Shown one piece after another: positions 56,265 to 64,000 of a DNA stretch of 64,000 bases (positions within the stretch are counted from its first letter, which is position 1; every line of letters begins with the position of its first letter). The notes beneath the pieces were generated by a model that had not been told where the DNA came from, made no database searches, and was given only the letters and a program-made list of their open reading frames with translations. Made by a program: the position numbers and the translations under genes. Origin of the DNA: an uncultured Rhodothermaceae bacterium (GTDB taxonomy: Bacteria > Bacteroidota > Rhodothermia > Rhodothermales > Bin80); NCBI GenBank assembly GCA_964503085.1, contig CAZCYQ010000012.1:2821-66820 (forward strand), read 5' to 3'.

Positions 56265-58100
56265 TTATGTACGGAGTGAAGCTTCTTCCTTAGAGGGCGT
56301 GAAGTAGCTCCAGAAATCTCCTGTCAATTGCCTGTCTATTGCAGGTAGATCCCGTTCTAGGCGAGTCCAGAAATTTTCCTTCTTTGCCCACTCTGACGGG
56401 TTTTGAACCGGCCTGGCATCAAGGTACAGGATATTTCTGGCAAATTTCGCGATCAAGGCCAGCTGACTTACAAATGAATCGTTGACAATTTGCTCTTTCC
56501 AGATTTTTCGGTAACTCAGGATCATATCTCTATTATTGCCAAGCGCATTGGCTGCCGAGAGTGTATAGGCAACGATATTGGCCCGGTAGCCACCCCGATT
56601 ACGGTACCAATCCTGACGCGAAACCATGCGTTCGGTAGCTTTGAAAACTATGCCGCGGGCAATAATTCGTTGATAATAGTCTTCATTGAACTGTTCAGGT
56701 GATTGCTTCCATGCCTCTTCTATTCGCTGCATATATTGTATGAAATTCTTCTGCGCCCCTAGATTTACCCAGTGTGGAGCGTCATCCCATACATTTTCGA
56801 ATTTGGCGAGGTCGGTTTTTGTGAATTTCTTTGGGTACTTAGCCTTGAAGCGCTTCTTTTCTGCATATGATAGCATGGATTGCTTGTCTGCATACTGCCC
56901 CCTAGAGCGTTCATAAAACCACTTGGTTTGATTTAGCTCACCTTCAACAGCGGGTGTCCATATGCGACGGGAGAAGTTTTCTATTTTGATGTGGAATGGA
57001 TGGTTTGACCGGAGATCCGGGATACTTACCTTGTTCTGTGTATTCGCGTATTTTGCGATTTTCTGGATTATTTCTGGGCCAAGGTTATCACTAATCTCAG
57101 AAATCTTCATCTGGACAAAAACCTTTGACAGGTCTGGAGCATTTTTTAATTGAGATGCATGATAAAGTGAAACCATAGTTTGCCCTCCATTCACAATCTG
57201 GAGATCACGAATCCGGATAATCCGACTCTTGTCTTCGTTGAGCCGTATATCCTGTGCGGTGGCGGTTATGCCGTTGTTGTAGGCGAAAAATCTGTGAGGT
57301 TCAATCAGAATCGTGTTACGGATTCCTTTGTTCACATTTCCGCGTGCCTGCAGGAAGCAACGCACATTCTGCTCCAAAAGGCGGGCTCCATATTCCTCAT
57401 ACAGATCAGCCAGGGTTTCCCCCGAGATAACGGCCAGATATGATTTAAAAGCGTTGAGGCCTACATGTGCTCTGAGACAGGGTAGCCCACGTTGAAACAT
57501 GTCAATCAGATTTACATCCAGTGGCACTCGCCCGCTTCGTGAGCTGTGCTGGCGATGCAGGCGTGAAATATCCCAGATGGAATAAACCGCTGTAACACCA
57601 CTCAAATCCTGATTGTCGATTGACTTACTGCGAGTACTGAGATATCGCTCGGAAGACAAAATGAAGTTGACGCGCCGAATTTGGTCCTTTTGATCATAGA
57701 TTCTGCGGGACAATTGATACTCAGGTGATGTCTCATCAAAATCCAGGTAGAGTGGATCTTGTCTCGACTTAGACTTAATGAAAAAACTACGAGCTTGCTT
57801 GAACTCGCTTTCATAGTCCCTCTTATTGAGTGGCTCAAGGGTTTGCCTGTTCTCAAAATCTGCAAGATGTAAATCCAAAGTAGTTTCACCTTGATGAAAA
57901 AAATATCCGTCAATTTTCATCCCGCCTCTACCGCTCCGACGGTAGTGGCAATGTTCAAATCCATGAAAGTCACCAGCTTCAATCAACTGTTCCGAGATTA
58001 TGTCAAGAAAGGTATTGCGCTGAAACGTGCCATGAGTTCTTGCATCAATCTGCAATTGCTGGCGGAATTCCTCGAAATACTCGTCAAGCTTCATTTGCAT
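56265..58100 (-). CDS. AIPR (abortive-infection phage-resistance) family protein
   Basis: 611 aa. The N-terminus is EYFEEFRQQLQIDARTHGTFQRNTFLD...IDGYFF. The core is FFAYNNGITATA...LQIVNGGQT, which is AIPR-typical. An alternative ATG at 58094 gives a 4-nt ATGA overlap with the upstream stop. Confidence 0.8.
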   Translation of the reverse strand: MQMKLDEYFEEFRQQLQIDARTHGTFQRNTFLDIISEQLIEAGDFHGFEHCHYRRSGRGGMKIDGYFFHQGETTLDLHLADFENRQTLEPLNKRDYESEFKQARSFFIKSKSRQDPLYLDFDETSPEYQLSRRIYDQKDQIRRVNFILSSERYLSTRSKSIDNQDLSGVTAVYSIWDISRLHRQHSSRSGRVPLDVNLIDMFQRGLPCLRAHVGLNAFKSYLAVISGETLADLYEEYGARLLEQNVRCFLQARGNVNKGIRNTILIEPHRFFAYNNGITATAQDIRLNEDKSRIIRIRDLQIVNGGQTMVSLYHASQLKNAPDLSKVFVQMKISEISDNLGPEIIQKIAKYANTQNKVSIPDLRSNHPFHIKIENFSRRIWTPAVEGELNQTKWFYERSRGQYADKQSMLSYAEKKRFKAKYPKKFTKTDLAKFENVWDDAPHWVNLGAQKNFIQYMQRIEEAWKQSPEQFNEDYYQRIIARGIVFKATERMVSRQDWYRNRGGYRANIVAYTLSAANALGNNRDMILSYRKIWKEQIVNDSFVSQLALIAKFARNILYLDARPVQNPSEWAKKENFWTRLERDLPAIDRQLTGDFWSYFTPSKEEASLRT

Positions 58101-59158
58101 TCGTTCGCGCTCCAGATAGTTTCAAGTGGACAAACAAAGGGTTCTGCGGCATCAATCTGCAGTTTATATCTCACGTTCTGAAGGCCTCCAGGAAGTTCGG
58201 ACCGGACAATTCGGGGGAACTTACCAGTAACGCGATAGACACATGTTTCGGCGACTTGAAATGAGGGGCTGTCGTATTGCTGGAGTTCGGCATATCCTGC
58301 GGTAGCCAGTTTAATCTGGTACTCTTCGAGTGCAGGACTCTCTATCAAATCGCTTTCAATTCTCTGTGCCATTTCATTGAGAGACAAGGCCGCGGGTAGC
58401 TCAGTGCTTTCAATAATGCGTTCAACCGTCAAAAAGAGGTGCTCGGCTGGACTCTCTAACTGGTCTTCGGAGGAGATATGGACAAGGTTTGGGCCCTTGT
58501 TCGAGATGGTCTTTATCTCTACTGCTGTATTATCGAATACAAAGTCCTGATTTCCCCCCTTCGGTCCTATCCATGCATCTAGTGCGTCACTTTGGCTGAG
58601 CTTATTGGTATAGAGGGACCGAAGAAAGTACAGTTCCGCAAAAAGGCCTCTCACTTCCGCAGGTGACAAAAGTTGAGGTCTTTCCCCAGCAAGAAATCGT
58701 TGCCAGCGCTTCAATTGATTCAATGTAATCGTCAGAGCCGTCCTAGAATCAGATGTATTGCTGAGACTCCGTATCAGCGTATTGCACAGAGCATGGAACA
58801 GGTCAAGATTGATATTGCTGACCAGTGTTATGACCAAGATTTGTGTAAGGGTTCCAGGGCGCTGTCGAAGGTCAATATCAATGCCCTGAACGTTCATATT
58901 TGCTTTGAGGAATGCCTCTTGATGGTCTCCGTCAAGTTCTGCAACCAGGAGGCAATGTCCGTGCACGTCTTTGCCCCAATAGACTGGAATCAGTCCATCA
59001 GTATTGATTATTCGAACATTGTAGTCTGTGTTAGGCTGCTGGATGTCGTCCCAGGGCGTGGAATAGATCATAGCTTTGGTATAGAAATAGCTTTGTTCAT
59101 GCTCAGGTTTAATCGTCTCCGGCATCGAAATCATCATCGAGCATGCCATGGGTGGCAA
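58091..59158 (-). CDS. PD-(D/E)XK motif nuclease-like protein
   Basis: 355 aa. The putative nuclease core is QDFVFDNTAVEIKT (D...E-x-K). It is sandwiched between and overlaps the Z1 and AIPR genes. In-frame Met codons lie at 59158, 59149, 59137, 59134 and 59125. Confidence 0.65.
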   Translation of the reverse strand: MPPMACSMMISMPETIKPEHEQSYFYTKAMIYSTPWDDIQQPNTDYNVRIINTDGLIPVYWGKDVHGHCLLVAELDGDHQEAFLKANMNVQGIDIDLRQRPGTLTQILVITLVSNINLDLFHALCNTLIRSLSNTSDSRTALTITLNQLKRWQRFLAGERPQLLSPAEVRGLFAELYFLRSLYTNKLSQSDALDAWIGPKGGNQDFVFDNTAVEIKTISNKGPNLVHISSEDQLESPAEHLFLTVERIIESTELPAALSLNEMAQRIESDLIESPALEEYQIKLATAGYAELQQYDSPSFQVAETCVYRVTGKFPRIVRSELPGGLQNVRYKLQIDAAEPFVCPLETIWSANECK

Positions 59159-59408
59159 ATAATTCTGGTTGTATGTAAACCGGATTTGCTACGACTTCCA
59201 CCTCAGTGATATAATCATCTGGTGGAAAACCCATACTAATCGTTGGAAGACGGACATTTTTCTGCGACGAACCTGTTTTTCCAGTCAAGACATGTATCAT
59301 GAGGAGTGGACATTGTCGCACTGCACGATAGTCTGCGTCAATAAGGTTTCCCTCGCGTTTGTTGTTTTTTGCTCGCTCACGAGCTTCATTTACCTGTTCC
59401 TCTGAAAG
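59109..59408 (-). pseudogene. Displaced C-terminal fragment of the Z1-domain gene (cut off by the IS21 insertion)
   Basis: After deleting 59409-62070, the minus-strand frame reads ...RGDEGLGLS|EEQVNEARERAKNNKREGNLIDADYRAV...DDDFDAGDD* without a frame change. Confidence 0.8.
59404..59408. repeat. Target-site duplication GAAAG (left copy)
   Basis: It lies immediately outside the IS end that begins TGCATATTCC at 59409 and is identical to 62066-62070. Confidence 0.8.
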
Positions 59409-59499
59409 TGCATATTCCGACGATGTGGGGCACTGATTCCGACGATGTGGGGCACCAATCCGAGCGAAGCGGGGCACCATTCCGATTGATGCGGGGCAC
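59409..59499. repeat. IS21 left-end array: four 22-bp-spaced repeats ending ...GGGGCAC
   Basis: The GGGGCAC units end at 59433, 59455, 59477 and 59499. Confidence 0.85.
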
Positions 59500-59521
59500 T
59501 TGTGTGGTGTTAGACTGTCTT

Positions 59522-60283
59522 TCATGATGTTGTGGATTTGATCGTCAATTCTTGTTCACCCTGGATCTTTCGCATGGAGTCTCCGGTCAACTGAATTTTG
59601 TGGGCATTGTTGACCAGTCGGTCCAGGATTGCGTCGGCTAATGTAGGATCTTCCATGGTCTGATGCCATTTGTCCAGGGGGTACTGACTGGTGACAATGG
59701 TAGATCGGAGGGTATAGCGGTCATCCACGAGTTCCATCAGATCACGCTGTTGTGCGCGACGAATGCCATGCAGGCCCCAATCATCGAGGAGGAGTACATC
59801 AGTGCGGGCCAGCTGTTTCAACGTACGAAGGTAGGTGCGGTCTTCGCGCGCGAGCTGGAGCGTTTCCAACAGGCGATGCAGGCGGTAATAGCGGGTTCGG
59901 AAGTTTTCCAGGCAGGCCTTGTGGGCCAGCGCACAGGCGACATAGCTTTTACCGACGCCGGTGGGTCCGGTAATCAGGATATTCTGACGCCTTCGGATCC
60001 ATTGGCAACCGGCCAGGTGAAGCATCAGGCGCTTGTCCAGTCCGCGAGAGGGACGGTAGTCCAGATTGGCCATGCAGGCCTGAAGGCGTAGCTTGGCCAT
60101 CTTCAATCGCCGGGCCAGTCGCCGATCTTCGCGTACAGCTTCCTCATGGTCGACCATGAGGCCAAGACGATCCATGAACGACATCGCCTCTATCTCTGGC
60201 GTCTCCAATTGATTGCGCAGTGCGGTGGCCATACCGCCGAGCCGCATCTGCTCAAGTTTTGAGAGGGTTGGGTGTATAAGCAT
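59522..60283 (-). CDS. istB: IS21-family helper ATPase IstB
   Basis: 253 aa. Walker A motif ITGPTGVGKSYVACALA and Walker B motif LLLDDWG. Confidence 0.9.
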   Translation of the reverse strand: MLIHPTLSKLEQMRLGGMATALRNQLETPEIEAMSFMDRLGLMVDHEEAVREDRRLARRLKMAKLRLQACMANLDYRPSRGLDKRLMLHLAGCQWIRRRQNILITGPTGVGKSYVACALAHKACLENFRTRYYRLHRLLETLQLAREDRTYLRTLKQLARTDVLLLDDWGLHGIRRAQQRDLMELVDDRYTLRSTIVTSQYPLDKWHQTMEDPTLADAILDRLVNNAHKIQLTGDSMRKIQGEQELTIKSTTS

Positions 60284-61833
60284 TAAGGGGTTCCGTTTGA
60301 GGTGTAATAGTTGGCTCCACGAATATTTTCGTGTTCAATAGGGGGCTCCTGATGCAGCTCGGTCGTCATGCGTTTGACGATCTTTTTCACCGCAGGTGAA
60401 CTCAGGGTTTGTTGCTCCAATGCGATCGCGCAGGCCTTTTCCAATACGTCATGCCCAAACTCACTCCCCAGTCTGAGAATGGCCAGACAGCGCCGATAGG
60501 CCTGCTCCGGGATCAGAAAGCGTGCAAAGTTCGCTTCAATCAAGGCGGTGGTCTGCGGACCGATGGTTTGTGCCCAGCGAATGAATCGCTTGGGAGACCA
60601 CTTCGCATACTCCCGGTGGTGAACCGGCATATGGATCACGTTGGTCGTGTATTGACCGCTGGCGAGACTGCGTATATGCGACGCAATCCGCTCCTCTCCA
60701 AGGTAAATCTCTACGGTACATGAACGAATCAATCCGCGCACAGACTTCCCAACGTAGGTATGCGGCACGCTGTAGAAGTGCTTGTCAATCTGTACATGGT
60801 AATCTGGCCCCACTTTCCGTTTGCCGGTCCAGACACCATACACATACGGATTCGCCGGTAGTGGACGCAGCGCCGGCCGATCCACGTCCTCAAACCTGCT
60901 TCGTCGGGTGCCCGGCATCTTCTGGAATGGCGTCAAATTCAATACCTTGACCTCCTCTAATATGGCGGCATTGAGCTCCTGAAGGCTGAAAAACGTCACG
61001 TTGCGTAAGACCGCCAGAATATTGCGCTGGGCATGCAATACCCCCGATTCCACTTTTCCCTTATCCCGAGGCTTCCGAGGACGGGCTGGAAGCACCCCGA
61101 CTTGGTAATGCTCCGTCAAATCCCGGAAGGATTCATTCAGAACCGGGACATCGTCCTTCTTGAATTGAATCACGGCGGACTTCAGATTGTCCGGTACAAT
61201 CGCGCGGGGAACACCACCCAAAAACTCCAACGTCCGGCGAACAGACCCGCAGAAATCGCGCGCCTTTTGCGTCTCGGTGGCCTCTGCATACAGATAGTTG
61301 GAAGCCCCCAGTACCGCGACAAACAATTCTACGGTTCGTACGTCACCGGTATCCAGATCAACCACGCAGGGCTTCTTTCCTGAATAATCCACGAATAACC
61401 GGTCTCCGGCCTTATGGTTATGACGCATCACTGGATCCACATTGGCGCAGCGCCAACTACGGTACAGATCACAAAAACGACTGTATTGGTACCCCTCTGG
61501 ATGCGCCGCGATATATTCTTTCCAAAGCTGCGCCAGGGTCAGCGTACGGTGTTTGGTGAGTTCCAGCTGGACCTCAGCCCAGTTCGGCACCGGCCGCTGT
61601 CCCGATGCAGATCGGGCCGTGGAGGGATAAAGGATCGCCTCCAACTCAGCATCCGTCATCCTGTCGGGTAACGGCCAAGTCAGATTCGCCACCGTGGCGC
61701 GCTCAAGAATCCGGGATACCGATCCGCGGCCCATTCCCACCTCGCAGCCAATCGCGCGATGGGACAACTTGAACGCAAATCGCAGTTCCAGAATACGCTT
61801 GATCTTCTTCATCGATACACGCTGTGCAGGCAT
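60283..61833 (-). CDS. istA: IS21-family transposase IstA
   Basis: 516 aa. The N-terminal HTH is MKKIKRILELRFAFKLSHRAIG (the likely true start is the Met at 61812). The DDE core contains LFVDYSGKK and VPDNLKSAV. Confidence 0.9.
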   Translation of the reverse strand: MPAQRVSMKKIKRILELRFAFKLSHRAIGCEVGMGRGSVSRILERATVANLTWPLPDRMTDAELEAILYPSTARSASGQRPVPNWAEVQLELTKHRTLTLAQLWKEYIAAHPEGYQYSRFCDLYRSWRCANVDPVMRHNHKAGDRLFVDYSGKKPCVVDLDTGDVRTVELFVAVLGASNYLYAEATETQKARDFCGSVRRTLEFLGGVPRAIVPDNLKSAVIQFKKDDVPVLNESFRDLTEHYQVGVLPARPRKPRDKGKVESGVLHAQRNILAVLRNVTFFSLQELNAAILEEVKVLNLTPFQKMPGTRRSRFEDVDRPALRPLPANPYVYGVWTGKRKVGPDYHVQIDKHFYSVPHTYVGKSVRGLIRSCTVEIYLGEERIASHIRSLASGQYTTNVIHMPVHHREYAKWSPKRFIRWAQTIGPQTTALIEANFARFLIPEQAYRRCLAILRLGSEFGHDVLEKACAIALEQQTLSSPAVKKIVKRMTTELHQEPPIEHENIRGANYYTSNGTP

Positions 61834-61951
61834 AGGTCATAGGTTTTGGTGAAACCAAAAACTATGCAGAACCCGACCTGGATTAGATGAGAAACAAACC
61901 GCCTTCGATTTGATGAACGCGCATCAACGCCGCAGAATACCGGCTTGTAAA

Positions 61952-62065
61952 GTGCCCCACTTCGCTCGGAATGGTGCCCCGCTTCGCTCGGATTGATGCC
62001 CCGCTTCGCTCGGATTAGTGCCCCACTTCGCTCGGATTGGTGCCCCAGTTCGCTCGGAATACGCA
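61952..62065. repeat. IS21 right-end array: five 22-bp tandem repeats GTGCCCC(A/G)(C/G)TTCGCTCGGA...
   Basis: The units start at 61952, 61974, 61996 (ATGCCCC variant), 62018 and 62040. Confidence 0.85.
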
Positions 62066-62070
62066 GAAAG
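62066..62070. repeat. Target-site duplication GAAAG (right copy)
   Basis: It lies immediately outside the IS end ...GGAATACGCA at 62065. Confidence 0.8.
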
Positions 62071-64000
62071 CCCCAGTCCTTCGTCTCCACGGCTTGCGAC
62101 TCGATGTTTATTTACAATCCATGTTCCGTTTTTTTCCGCAAACTTTCTCTCCTGGGCTCCCAGGTGTAGTGATTTGGATGGATCCTCTCTATGTTCAATC
62201 GAAACTACGACTACATCACATGTGTGGTATTTATCGGATGTTTTCCGCAAATAGTTGATAACACCGGCCTTTCTATGTTCAATTGATTTATCAATGTTGA
62301 ATTGGGTCAGGAAGCGCTCAACCTTCTCCGTAGGAACATTGCGCACGATCCATCCCTTAGTACTTTCACTGCCTGGTCTCTTTGCACGCTCTAGGTTCTC
62401 ATTTGCCCATGTATCTGATATGAGCTTTTCATTTCTGGAATTCAGACTAGGATCCTTGGAGAGAATTACAAATTCCTGATATCGTCCACCATAATTGTAG
62501 CGAAGAGTTAGCCTCTTCCCGCTTCGCATTTTTCCTGGTGAAGTGATCAGAAGCCGATCCGGATGCGTTTCTACGTACAGTCCAAAATCTTTGGGGGTCT
62601 TGCCCATTTGACGCATAGTTCGAACTTGGTCAATCAGTTCCTGGGTAGCCTCGGCAACATGCGAATACCATGAAATTGCATCTCCAGAGAGATGGACGCG
62701 GCAAAGGTCTTCATACCCAATTCGATACCCGAACCATCGTCCCATCTGCATCAGCGTATCGTACATCCTGGTGTTGCGATAGACATAGCTCACGCACAAT
62801 CCTTCAATAGTGAGCCCACGTGAAAGACTCAATCCTCCGACTGCGACGGCCGTAAGCCCACTTCCACTCGCCTCATGTTTTTTATAGTCCAGTCTGTCGT
62901 CAGACTGTCCATTAATCAAAAACAGACGAATACTAGTAGCTGCTTCTTGGAGCTCAGCCTTAATATCTACCCAGGTGTGACCACAATTCGGGAATGCCCG
63001 GTCGAAAGCGGTTTTCAGCTTTTGCATGCTTACATTACGGGAGGAGATTGACTCCGGCATCGCGTAATTCGCCTGCACGGCGTCTTTAACTTCTCTCAGA
63101 TAAATGCTCACTAGGTCACGGATTTGCTTTTGAATGTTGACAAATCGGGACACATTAATCATCATGGAACAGTGGTGTGCCTGATAGCCTCGCAGGTTTC
63201 GAATAGCTCTTGCAAGGATGAATTCATTCAAAGCTGTGTACAGACTGGCTGGGAGCGCAGAAATTTTACGATCTTTCTTGTGACTCAAAGGCAAAACATC
63301 ATCACAATCCGTAATCGGAATGGTCACCGGATTTTGAACATTTTCGTCTAAAAACACCTTTTCCGGTCCAAAGTAACTGGTAGGCGGATCTAGGAAGTAG
63401 ATGAAATCTCGTGGGAACAGATCTTTGTGCACCTCCTCATCATTGGCCTTAGGGTTAATGAAGATGTTTGCAAATGGCGTAGCAGTATATCCTACGAAGC
63501 CGGACTTTGCAAACAGTCGCAGGATCTTTCGGATTAACCGATTGGTTCGGGTAGGATCATGCTCATCTTTATTCGTATTGATTGAAGCATGATCCGCTTC
63601 GTCATCAATTAGAAGCATCGGAACTGTTTCGATTTGGTCGGCCCCTTGGGCGTTCATGTCCTTTAGCCAGTGGTAGAGGGAGGTCAGCACACTCACGTTT
63701 TTTTTGACGACCAGAATTATCGGTCTGCTAAAGTCATTCAATCTCCACCCGCTTTGTCTAGCTACTTGTTTATTAAAGTCGTGACTGACATTCGTAAGCG
63801 TTACTGGGTGATCGAATTGAGAGGTGTGCCCCGGGTCCCTTTTTCCGACGCCAATTATATGTTTATGTGATTCTGAATCTCGCCCCACAAATCCCTCGTC
63901 AATGCGTTGCTGAGTCTGGCTTCGGAGTACATTATGGATTCCGGCAATCACGATAATGAACTTGTATCCTGCGTCTGCCGCCCGGGTAATCAATGCAAGA
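62066..64000 (-). pseudogene. Z1-domain protein, main body; 5' end off the window, 3' end disrupted by IS21
   Basis: The frame is open to the window edge (...LALITRAADAGYKFIIVIAGIHNVL). It contains LLIDDEADHASINT (DEAD-like) and FVGYTATPFANIF. The last ~47 aa of track ORF 61924-63993 (AYSERTGAPIRAKWGTNPSEAGHQSERSGAPFRAKWGTLQAGILRR) are a translation of the IS21 end, mostly its 22-bp repeats. Confidence 0.8.

Larger units (their letters stand above)
59409..62065 (-). mobile_element. IS21-family insertion sequence, 2657 bp, apparently intact (istA plus istB)
   Basis: The termini are TGCATATTCCGACGATGTGGGGCAC (left) and, reverse-complemented, TGCGTATTCCGAGCGAACTGGGGCAC (right), giving TG...CA ends. 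It has multiple 22-bp sub-terminal repeats, two overlapping transposition genes and a 5-bp TSD. Confidence 0.9.

Noticed and set aside
59409-59499. The regularly spaced short repeats could be a mini-CRISPR array
   Set aside because: The units are contiguous with 22-bp phasing and no spacers. They occur in inverted orientation at both ends of an istAB element, so they are IS21 terminal repeats. No other CRISPR-like array was seen in the window.
59109-59525. 138-aa ORF treated as an independent gene
   Set aside because: Its first ~39 codons are IS21 end sequence. The remainder is the displaced C-terminus of the Z1 gene.
61924-62065. Apparent repeat-containing C-terminal extension of the Z1 ORF (SERTGAPIRAKWGT...SERSGAPFRAKWGT)
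   Set aside because: It is a read-through translation of the IS21 end (mostly its 22-bp repeats), not a protein domain.

Overview
This 64-kb chromosomal window looks like an FCB-group genome (Bacteroidota, Rhodothermota or Balneolota-like). The evidence is a Bat-type operon, parA-parB-DUF5683 synteny, TonB-dependent receptor biology and acidic proteins. I call about 50 protein genes and saw no rRNA, tRNA or CRISPR array by eye.

Positions 1-28,400 are mostly housekeeping:
- a Bat aerotolerance-type operon (DUF58, BatD/DUF4381-like, batA, batB, TPR BatC-like)
- yceI-like, purQ, rhomboid, GH18 and VanZ-like genes
- a co-directional run of parA, parB, DUF5683, glycosyltransferase, SPT-like alpha-oxoamine synthase and a large GNAT-like protein
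- a 53-aa DUF5989-like ORF that the ORF track missed
- two MacB-type permeases and rpiA
- three TonB C-terminal-domain paralogues interleaved with transposase remnants
- nnr, an Ig-like lipoprotein, moaB, yidD, hisI and a TPM-domain protein

Positions 28,400-44,300 are accessory. They hold a stand-alone ACP, an alpha/beta hydrolase and a 3416-aa type I PKS with the order KS-AT-DH-cMT-ER-KR-ACP-KS-degenerate AT. In this PKS the KR catalytic Tyr is replaced by His, and there is no terminal ACP or TE. The PKS abuts a frameshifted ISL3-family transposase. An AT-rich convergent pair follows: a 3-TM protein and a cytoplasmic trypsin-like protease.

Positions 44,300-55,600 hold a beta-propeller protein, two tandem beta-lactamase-family hydrolases, a PIG-L deacetylase, an SDR, a TonB-dependent receptor broken by one in-frame TAG, and an HmuY-like lipoprotein.

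Positions 55,600-64,000 hold an AT-rich defence-type cassette, Z1 / PD-(D/E)XK / AIPR, with overlapping genes on the minus strand and its 5' end off the window. The Z1 gene is split by an apparently intact 2657-bp IS21-family element (istA/istB) with a 5-bp target duplication, GAAAG. Removing the element restores the reading frame exactly. This cassette is the best candidate for an under-characterised system. The PKS locus and the protease/TM pair are secondary candidates.

All calls come from reading the translations and motifs by eye. No database search was possible.
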